Below are positions 57,191 through 64,000 of a stretch of DNA of 64,000 bases, piece by piece; the stretch's first letter is position 1; every line of letters begins with the position of its first letter. Below the pieces are notes generated by a model, which ran no database searches, had not been told where the DNA came from, and was given only the letters and a program-made list of their open reading frames with translations. This DNA is from Minisyncoccota bacterium (lineage in GTDB: Bacteria > Patescibacteriota > Minisyncoccia > Phycocordibacterales > JABAAK01). Where the stretch lies: NCBI GenBank assembly GCA_958295675.1, contig OY282360.1:195580-259579 (forward strand), given 5' to 3'. The position numbers and the translations under genes were made by a program.

Positions 57191-58006
57191 TCACATCACT
57201 TTTTTAATTTTTTCCCTGTTTTTTATATCACAGTAGGTGCAGTACTGCTCCGTATAAATTTCCCTGAGGTCGCGCTGCGACAGTTTTTTCTTCCGTCCCT
57301 TCTTCTTTCTCCGTAAAATAGCCTGCTGCACCTGCTGCGCGGTGTCCCATATCTGCACGAAGACAGAAACGCTCAGGAATGCCATAAGAAGAGTGAGAAT
57401 GCGCCCGCCCGCTCCCGTTAATTCTATATCACTCCCCGCCTGTGTGATAGCATTCGTGGTGAAGTAAAACGCGTCAAACCGAGTTTCAATAGCGGAATTG
57501 TTCCCAGCGTGAAAAAGAAACACAATCTCGGAAATGACAAAAATAAGCACAAACACATGAAATATCAGCGCGAATAATTTTTCCCAGATAATCACGCGAT
57601 TGGTAATTAACCGTATGTCGGGAATAATTTGATAGAGGTGTATGATACGCAGGATACGCAGGAAGCGCAGGATTCCGAGGTTCCAGAACGGTGCCACTAA
57701 ATAGCCGATAATGATCAGCACATTTGAGAGCGCGAGCGGATGCCGTACATACGCGCGCCGATCTTCACTCGCTATGAGCAGTAGGACATATTCCGCGAGA
57801 AAGTAGAAACCGAGGAATAGCTCAAACGCGATGAGCGGTGTCTCAAAATAAAAGAAGGAGATAAAAAAATATCCGATACTGACAAAGTCAAATAAAACAG
57901 AGACAATGTGAAACAGGCGCGTATAGGTAATAGAGACCGCAAGAGTGTGCATACATCGGCAGTATACAGGAAACGCATTACATACATTCACCATTGTAGA
58001 AAACAT
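57191..58006 (-). CDS. voltage-gated ion channel-like protein (Ion_trans family)
   Basis: S4 voltage sensor RFLRILRIIHLYQ. Pore region FYFTTNAITQAGSDIELTG, which is neither TVGYGD nor TLESW. Confidence 0.55.
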   Translation of the reverse strand: MFSTMVNVCNAFPVYCRCMHTLAVSITYTRLFHIVSVLFDFVSIGYFFISFFYFETPLIAFELFLGFYFLAEYVLLLIASEDRRAYVRHPLALSNVLIIIGYLVAPFWNLGILRFLRILRIIHLYQIIPDIRLITNRVIIWEKLFALIFHVFVLIFVISEIVFLFHAGNNSAIETRFDAFYFTTNAITQAGSDIELTGAGGRILTLLMAFLSVSVFVQIWDTAQQVQQAILRRKKKGRKKKLSQRDLREIYTEQYCTYCDIKNREKIKKVM

Positions 58007-58041
58007 GGGAAAGCGTCTTCTTCTGTGCTAAAATATAAAAA

Positions 58042-58932
58042 ATGGAGCATTTACAGGACAGAGAAGTCGCGGTAATAGAGAAAAAAGCGAATCAGATTCG
58101 TGTTTCAATCATTGAATCGCTCATTGAAGCCGGGTCAGGACACACGGCAGGACCGCTCGGTATGGCGGATGTATTCGCCACACTCTTTTTTTCAGTGATG
58201 AACTATGATCCGAAGAATCCGTATACCGACCACCGTGACCGTCTGATTCTTTCAAACGGACATATCTGCCCGGTACTCTACGCGACCATGGCACATGCCG
58301 GCTATTTCCCGGTAAAAGAATTGCAAACACTCAGAAAATTCGGATCCAGATTGCAGGGACATCCGCACCGCGAATTTCTGCCGGGCATAGAAACAAGCTC
58401 CGGCCCGCTCGGATCAGGGCTCTCTCAGGCACTCGGTATGACATTGGCGGACAGGATAGACCGACCGCAGTCCTCAACATACTTCTACTGCATGATGGGG
58501 GACGGCGAACTGAACTGCGGACAGGTATGGGAGGCGGTGATGATGGCAGGCAAGGAACAGCCGCACAATCTCATCGCGGTCATAGATCGCAACGGTATAC
58601 AGATAGACGGTTTTACTCGCGATGTCATGCCGCTTGAGCCGCTCCGGGAGAAATTTGAATCGTTCAATTGGCATGTCATTGACGCTGACGGGCACAGTAT
58701 TCAGGAACTCTACGGCGCGTTCGGCGAAGCGCAGTCAGTATCACAGCCCGCCGTGATTATCGCGCACACGATTCCCGGCAGGGGCGTACCGCAATTTGAA
58801 CGGGATTACCGTTGGCACGGCACGCCGCCCGGCAAGGGACCGGAAGACATACTTACGAAAGACAAGCAGGGCGAGTGCGCGCTGAAACAGTTGAGAAGTT
58901 TAAAGGGCACCATTGTGTCGGAATGCGAATAA
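58042..58932 (+). CDS. transketolase, N-terminal (TPP-binding) subunit
   Basis: SGHTAGPLGMADVFATLFF, GDGELNCGQVWEA. Split-transketolase arrangement. Confidence 0.85.
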   Translation: MEHLQDREVAVIEKKANQIRVSIIESLIEAGSGHTAGPLGMADVFATLFFSVMNYDPKNPYTDHRDRLILSNGHICPVLYATMAHAGYFPVKELQTLRKFGSRLQGHPHREFLPGIETSSGPLGSGLSQALGMTLADRIDRPQSSTYFYCMMGDGELNCGQVWEAVMMAGKEQPHNLIAVIDRNGIQIDGFTRDVMPLEPLREKFESFNWHVIDADGHSIQELYGAFGEAQSVSQPAVIIAHTIPGRGVPQFERDYRWHGTPPGKGPEDILTKDKQGECALKQLRSLKGTIVSECE

Positions 58933-58939
58933 ATATAGT

Positions 58940-59920
58940 ATGCTGCAGGAAAATATACATTTTCATAAAAAGACCTTCACGGAACAGAAAGATATGCTCC
59001 CTATCAGAGAGGGGTACGGCAGAGGACTGCTTGAAGCGGCGGAGAAAGATATCAGAGTCGTGGCACTCTGCGCGGATCTGACTGACTCAACTAAAACAAA
59101 CTATTTTAAAGAAAAATTTCCTGGCAGATTTGTGGAGATGGGTATCGGCGAACAGTCGATGGCATCGGTCGCGTCCGGCATGGCGGCAATGGGCAAAGTA
59201 CCGTTCTTCACTTCGTACGCCATGTTCTCCCCGGGCCGCAATTGGGAACAGATTCGCACGACAATTTGCTACAACAATGTGAACGCGAAGGTGGTCGGTT
59301 CACACGCGGGTGTGTCGGTCGGTCCTGACGGCGGCACGCATCAGGCGCTTGAGGATATCGCCATCACCAGAGTCATTCCCCGCATGACCGTGCTGGTGCC
59401 GTGCGATTCTGAAGAGGCGCGCAAGGCGACACTCGCCGCCGCGGAGCACGAGGGACCGGTGTATATCCGCCTGCAGCGGGAGGCGACACCGGTGATAACC
59501 ACTGACGCTTCACCGTTTGAAATCGGTAAAGCACAGTGTTTCTACCGCGCAAAAAAACCGCAGGTTACCGTGTTTGCCTGCGGCGCGCTCCTGTATACCG
59601 CGCTTGAAATGGCTCGGGAGATGGAGGAAGAAGTCGGTATGCTGGTAGTGAATGTGCCGACCGTCAAACCGCTGGACAGCGCGATCTGCGCGTTCGCGCG
59701 GGAAAGCGGACGGGTGCTCACCATGGAAGAACACCAGCGCATAGGCGGTCTCGGTTCAGCGATAGCGGAGCGGCTTGTTGAAGAGTGCCCGATGCCGGTG
59801 CATCGTATCGGTGTTGATGATATGTTCGGTCAATCAGGCGAACCGGACGAACTCCTCGTGCATTACGGTCTCACAAAGGAACACGGTATCAGTGTTATAC
59901 GGGCTATGATCAGCGAATAA
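58940..59920 (+). CDS. transketolase, C-terminal (pyrimidine-binding) subunit
   Basis: MGIGEQSMASVASGMAAMG, GPDGGTHQALEDIA. Confidence 0.85.
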   Translation: MLQENIHFHKKTFTEQKDMLPIREGYGRGLLEAAEKDIRVVALCADLTDSTKTNYFKEKFPGRFVEMGIGEQSMASVASGMAAMGKVPFFTSYAMFSPGRNWEQIRTTICYNNVNAKVVGSHAGVSVGPDGGTHQALEDIAITRVIPRMTVLVPCDSEEARKATLAAAEHEGPVYIRLQREATPVITTDASPFEIGKAQCFYRAKKPQVTVFACGALLYTALEMAREMEEEVGMLVVNVPTVKPLDSAICAFARESGRVLTMEEHQRIGGLGSAIAERLVEECPMPVHRIGVDDMFGQSGEPDELLVHYGLTKEHGISVIRAMISE

Positions 59921-59923
59921 TGT

Positions 59924-60622
59924 ATGTACGATTTCCTATCCCTTCTGACATTTCAGGATATTTCCTCTTTCATTCAGCAGTATCAATATTTTGTCGCGGT
60001 GCTTACACCGCTTGTCTTCGGCGAAATAGCCATTTACCTGTTCGGTGTTTTTATCGGAGCGGGGGACGCGTCGCCGTTAGCAGTATTCGTCGCGTTTGTA
60101 AGCATTATTTTCTATGAAGCGTTAGTGCTCATCGGCGTTCAATTCCTCCGCCGGCATGACATGTTTCCGAAATCATGGGTTCAAAAGACGGCATCATTTC
60201 CGCTCATAGCGAAATTAGAGCGCGCGTTCACGGCATACGAAGAAAAGTACCGGGCATTCCCGCTGTTCCTGCTATTCGCGCTGAAAACAATGCCGTTCAC
60301 CAAAGTGACCATTTTCTTTTTCACAATTCGGTATCCCATGCCCCTCCTGCAGTTCATCATCAAGGATTGCATCGTCACCGTTATTTGGGCATCGTTCATA
60401 TTCGTACCCGGTTTTCTGGTCGGTAAAGGGATACTCACCGAAACGGAAGGACAATCAATCGGCACATTCTTTCTGTTCCTGGTTCTCTTTTTGATTGCCA
60501 CGATGATACTCGGGAAGTACATTGAATGGTTTGTGCACCGCATTATGGAAAAAATAATGCAGTTAAAAAACAGGAACAAACAGCCGCGAGAAAAAGAAAA
60601 CAGTACCGAAGAAAACAACTGA
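59924..60622 (+). CDS. hypothetical polytopic membrane protein (possible DedA/VTT-like)
   Basis: Five or six hydrophobic helices. Basic C-terminal tail. Confidence 0.4.
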   Translation: MYDFLSLLTFQDISSFIQQYQYFVAVLTPLVFGEIAIYLFGVFIGAGDASPLAVFVAFVSIIFYEALVLIGVQFLRRHDMFPKSWVQKTASFPLIAKLERAFTAYEEKYRAFPLFLLFALKTMPFTKVTIFFFTIRYPMPLLQFIIKDCIVTVIWASFIFVPGFLVGKGILTETEGQSIGTFFLFLVLFLIATMILGKYIEWFVHRIMEKIMQLKNRNKQPREKENSTEENN

Positions 60623-60655
60623 GTCATAGCAATATCTGCCACTTTTCAAAACTGC

Positions 60656-61645
60656 TCACAATACCGACACCTGATATTCTTTCGGCGCCCGTTTCAGATA
60701 CTCCTCAATGTCCGTTTCATGCAACAGCCCTTTCTGCGCCCCGATGTGCTGCACAACCGACATAGAATTAATCGGCGCGCGCAACAGCGCCTCACGCAAC
60801 GGCAGTCCTTTGGCGAGAAAGGTAGCGAGCGTTGAGGTAAACGCATCACCGGCACCTGTCCGCTCTTTCGGCGGCGCGATATCCGGATACTGCGGAACGA
60901 AGAATGTGCTTGAGCCGTCAAACGCGTACGCGCCGTTCGGTCCGTCGCTGATTGAGACAATAGCAGGACCGCGCCCGTGCATTTCCCGCAGCAGCACTCG
61001 TATATCATTTTCCTGTGATGCAAGAATACGCTGCGCCTCCTGTTTGTTACAGATAAAAAGATGGGTGCGCGCGTAAATATCTTTAAGCCGGTCATACCCG
61101 AGCTGCATCTGAAATGTACCCGGCTGAAACACCAGTTTCACATCAGGATGTTTTTCAAGCCACTCCGCGATCTCATCGTGCAATGTCTCCGCCGCCTCGC
61201 CGACTGAGGAAAAATACAGCCATGCGACGCTATCCGGCAACTCCGGCAGGGAATAGGTAAAGTGCTCATGCCGCACCAAAATAGTCCGCTCCGCCTCATA
61301 CGAAAGCACATAGTGGTAGTTGGTATTTTTCCCCGATTCTTTGGTGATGAACTCCGTGCCGACTCCCTCACGCTCCAGCGCCGTGATGCACTCCTCGCCA
61401 TGCGCGTCATTGCCGACGAATGACACAAAACTGACCGGCAGTCCGAGCCGAGCAACCGACACCGCCGCGTTCGCGCTGTTGCCGACAGCCGGAACAACCG
61501 TCACATTTTTATACGGAATCTTATCCCCCCAGCGCATGCAAATAGTACACGATTCGGATTCAATGTCGCAGTGCACCTTCGCGTCCTGCAGTGTGATAAA
61601 CGCATCGCTAGTAACATCCCCTATACACATAAAAGTCGAATCCAT
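60656..61645 (-). CDS. PfkB-family carbohydrate kinase (ribokinase-like)
   Basis: N-terminal GDVTSDAF and C-terminal GAGDAFTSTLATFL anion-hole motifs. Start MDSTFMCIGDV. Confidence 0.75.
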   Translation of the reverse strand: MDSTFMCIGDVTSDAFITLQDAKVHCDIESESCTICMRWGDKIPYKNVTVVPAVGNSANAAVSVARLGLPVSFVSFVGNDAHGEECITALEREGVGTEFITKESGKNTNYHYVLSYEAERTILVRHEHFTYSLPELPDSVAWLYFSSVGEAAETLHDEIAEWLEKHPDVKLVFQPGTFQMQLGYDRLKDIYARTHLFICNKQEAQRILASQENDIRVLLREMHGRGPAIVSISDGPNGAYAFDGSSTFFVPQYPDIAPPKERTGAGDAFTSTLATFLAKGLPLREALLRAPINSMSVVQHIGAQKGLLHETDIEEYLKRAPKEYQVSVL

Positions 61646-61731
61646 ACAACCGAAGTATACACCGTTACGGTGTGTATTATGCTGTTTGAGGTAAAAAGTG
61701 TGTGTAATACTGAAAACAGTAAACGAATGAT

Positions 61732-62691
61732 ATGAAAGTTCTTGTAACACAACACATTCCTGAAGCGGGATTACAGATACTGCGCGGAGAAAATATAGAG
61801 GTGACTGTTCTGAAAGGCAGACCGAGAAAGAACCGCATTATCAGTGAACTCAAAAAAGAGCCGTATGACGGTATGATTGTGCTGCTTACTGACACAATTG
61901 ACGGGGAAGTGATAGCAGCCACAGGAAGCAATATGCGCATCATCGCCAACTACGCGGTCGGATTCAACAACATAGCAGTCGCCGCGGCGAAAGAAAAGCA
62001 CATAGCGGTCACAAATACGCCGGGCGTACTCACCGAAACGGTCGCGGAACACGCAGTCGCGCTCATACTCGCCGCAGCGACCCGCACTATTGAAGCGGAT
62101 GCGTTCGTGCGCAACAACAAATTCACCGGCTGGGAGCCGGAACTGCTTTTAGGTATTGATCTGCAGGGAAAAACACTCGGCATCCTCGGTGCGGGACGGA
62201 TCGGCAGCCGCGTCGCGGAGATTATGACCGGATTCGGCATGAATATTGTCTACTATGATGTGCGCGCGAATCAGGCACTGGAGCAAGCGACAGAAGCGAA
62301 ACAATATGACGCGCCGGAGGAAGTGCTGAAAACTGCTGATGTTATCTCAGTACACCTGCCGCTGAACGAGCAGACACATCACTTCCTGAACGCCGAACGA
62401 CTTGCGCTGCTCAAACCGGCCGCGATACTGGTGAACACCTCGCGCGGTCCCGTCATTGATGAAAAAGCCCTTATAGCAGCACTGCAGGAAAGAAAGATAT
62501 TCGGCGCGGCACTGGATGTGTTTGAGCATGAACCGAAAGTACCCCGCGCGCTCCGCCGACTGCCTAATGTCGTGTTGACTCCGCACACCGCCTCAGCGAG
62601 CATTACCACGCGGAATCGCATGGCGGAAATTGCCGCGCAGAATGTCATCGCCGTCCTGCACGGCGGCACACCGCTCAATCCGGTGGAATAG
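61732..62691 (+). CDS. D-isomer-specific 2-hydroxyacid dehydrogenase (glycerate/hydroxypyruvate reductase-like)
   Basis: NAD-binding GILGAGRIGSRVAEI. Catalytic R/E/H region (NTSRGPVID...LDVFEHEP...TPHTAS). Confidence 0.85.
   Translation: MKVLVTQHIPEAGLQILRGENIEVTVLKGRPRKNRIISELKKEPYDGMIVLLTDTIDGEVIAATGSNMRIIANYAVGFNNIAVAAAKEKHIAVTNTPGVLTETVAEHAVALILAAATRTIEADAFVRNNKFTGWEPELLLGIDLQGKTLGILGAGRIGSRVAEIMTGFGMNIVYYDVRANQALEQATEAKQYDAPEEVLKTADVISVHLPLNEQTHHFLNAERLALLKPAAILVNTSRGPVIDEKALIAALQERKIFGAALDVFEHEPKVPRALRRLPNVVLTPHTASASITTRNRMAEIAAQNVIAVLHGGTPLNPVE
62647..62690 (+). repeat. direct repeat copy 1 (44 bp; 3' end of dehydrogenase gene)
   Basis: ATCGCCGTCCTGCACGGCGGCACACCGCTCAATCCGGTGGAATA is identical to 63481-63524. 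Confidence 0.9.
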
Positions 62692-62754
62692 CAAGATTAG
62701 TGCGAAACAAGAATACTTTTACGGATGAGGAAAATGCGGTTACACCTGTTAATC

Positions 62755-63228
62755 CTACGATGATGCTGTCAGAACATGGTAACTTCCGATTGGTGGTCCG
62801 ACAGCAAGAGTAACAGTTGCAATAATTACAAAGAAAGGGACAATATATATAAGACTTTCCTTAAACCAAGATTGACTGGAAGTAGTCGGTGGTTTTCCGT
62901 ACATATTCGTTTTTTTGACACCAGGAACGCATAGCAGGAGCAGGAAGAAAAGAAGATTAATTAGCGGGATGACAGCAAAAACGGCAAACCACCTCGACTG
63001 TCCGATATCGTGTAACCTTTTCACTGCTATCGGTACAAGAATCAAAGGAAACAAAACAGCAAACCACCCAGCTCCGATAGCAGTGAATGTGTACGGGCTG
63101 AAAATATCATAGATATATGGCAGTACAACAAAGAGAAACACAGGTAACACGAGCTGTTTTCTCCCCATGCGATCCTGCAATATATTTTTGAAAAAGTGTG
63201 TGTTCATACATTGTATACAGTAACACAA
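62755..63228 (-). CDS. DUF805 family inner-membrane protein
   Basis: KRLHDIGQSRWFAVF motif (DUF805 RLHD..SGWW). Four TM helices. Lies between the two direct-repeat copies. Confidence 0.6.
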   Translation of the reverse strand: MCYCIQCMNTHFFKNILQDRMGRKQLVLPVFLFVVLPYIYDIFSPYTFTAIGAGWFAVLFPLILVPIAVKRLHDIGQSRWFAVFAVIPLINLLFFLLLLCVPGVKKTNMYGKPPTTSSQSWFKESLIYIVPFFVIIATVTLAVGPPIGSYHVLTASS

Positions 63229-63467
63229 CTGTCAACAACGGAATCGGTAACGGTTTGTTCGGTGGTGCCGGCAGCATAATATACTCCAGCATCGCCGTTA
63301 CCAACAGTTACTACAACAAGGATATTGCGCGCGCTGCCGAGCAGTACAGCGCGGGAAGGACGGCGGCACAGATGCAATCCGGAACGCCGAGCAGTACGAT
63401 ATACACCAATTGGGACACGGATGTTTGGAACTTCGGTACCGCTACTGAGTATCCGATATTGCGTTAA
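63198..63467 (+). CDS. hypothetical small Gly/Ser/Thr-rich protein
   Basis: 89-aa ORF ending just before repeat copy 2. Low-complexity; weak. Confidence 0.25.
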   Translation: MCSYIVYSNTTVNNGIGNGLFGGAGSIIYSSIAVTNSYYNKDIARAAEQYSAGRTAAQMQSGTPSSTIYTNWDTDVWNFGTATEYPILR

Positions 63468-63480
63468 TCGCCCAACTATC

Positions 63481-63524
63481 ATCGCCGTCCTGCACGGCGG
63501 CACACCGCTCAATCCGGTGGAATA
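63481..63524 (+). repeat. direct repeat copy 2 (44 bp)
   Basis: Identical to 62647-62690. Recreates the IAVLHGGTPLNPVE-stop coding tail. Confidence 0.9.
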
Positions 63525-63611
63525 ATGACAGGTAATAGAACTTGACAAAATTATTATATATCCTAAAATAGTATTAGATTGCTTTTTCTAATAATCCACA
63601 TAAGGAGGGAT

Positions 63612-64000
63612 TATGACAATGCCACTCACATCCGCCAGCTCGCAAAAGGCGAGCATTGAAGCAGACATACTACCAATACCCTGCTCCTGCTGCGGAAGCG
63701 GAAAGAAGTTTGACCACTTCCACCATTTCTTTCTGGAGGAACCGATCAATATCGCCCCATCCGATTTGACGAAGTTTGTCCGTCGAATTGAGGCCGCTGA
63801 ACAGGAATACCTTGAGATAAGACGACAAAACGGCGATTTGGCACAGATCGCGCTGCTAGATTTGGGAAACGGTCCCTTGGCTGTCGTGTGTACCACGCAA
63901 ATGGTGCACATACTCCGCTGTTTCTACGACAATGTCGGAGTATACAACCAGAATGTAGGAAGATTCGTTATCATTGGCGGAAAAGATGATAACAGTTGCT
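63612..64000 (+). CDS. hypothetical protein, 5' partial view (runs off window end)
   Basis: ATG after strong RBS AAGGAGGG. Promoter TTGACAAAATTATT-N-TAAAAT at ~63542-63570. Open frame to the window end. Preferred over the 63588-63911 - strand ORF. Confidence 0.45.

Noticed and set aside
63588-63911. 107-aa - strand ORF at the window end
   Set aside because: The + strand frame starting at 63612 has a strong RBS and a consensus promoter and remains open to the window end, so the - strand ORF is probably its shadow.
1-64000. CRISPR array, rRNA or transposase search
   Set aside because: No spacer-repeat periodicity, no rRNA-like conserved blocks and no DDE or tyrosine/serine recombinase motifs were seen. 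The only long perfect repeat is the 44-bp direct repeat at 62647/63481.
1-64000. Alternative genetic code (UGA recoding as in Gracilibacteria/Absconditabacteria)
   Set aside because: Long housekeeping genes (secA, dnaK, the P-type ATPase) are intact under the standard code, so there is no need to invoke code 25.

Overview
This 64 kb window looks like a fragment of a small-genome, Gram-positive-like bacterium, possibly of the Candidate Phyla Radiation (Patescibacteria/Parcubacteria-like). It is read here with the standard genetic code, ~50% GC, mostly + strand genes and sigma70-like TTGACA-N17-TATAAT promoters with Rho-independent terminators. Housekeeping genes I recognise are mnmA, alaS, grpE-dnaK-dnaJ, argS, msrA-msrB, murJ, lepA, secA, obg, gatB, gap, rpiB, rpe and a split transketolase. 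A complete type IV (competence-type) pilus locus spans ~9.7-23.2 kb: pilM, pilN/O-like genes, pilB, pilT, pilC, four class-III-signal pilins including a 765-aa giant pilin, and pilD. comFC is transcribed divergently from pilM. RNA genes: four tRNAs (Gln-TTG, Asp-GTC, Arg-CCT, Phe-GAA) and a bacterial type-A RNase P RNA (rnpB). The second-look candidates are: (1) a 172-aa stand-alone PARP-like (H-Y-E clade) ADP-ribosyltransferase between two tRNA genes, (2) an ATP-cone/Mrr-like endonuclease fusion immediately followed by a Cas4-like Fe-S PD-(D/E)XK nuclease, (3) a 440-bp GC-rich noncoding segment ending in a terminator inside the pilus operon, (4) a ~0.8 kb DUF805 gene segment flanked by a 44-46-bp direct repeat that duplicates the 3' end of a dehydrogenase gene, (5) two paralogous small CxxPGC proteins with their own promoters, (6) an extremely basic tandem-repeat histone-like protein. 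I saw no CRISPR array, rRNA or obvious transposase.
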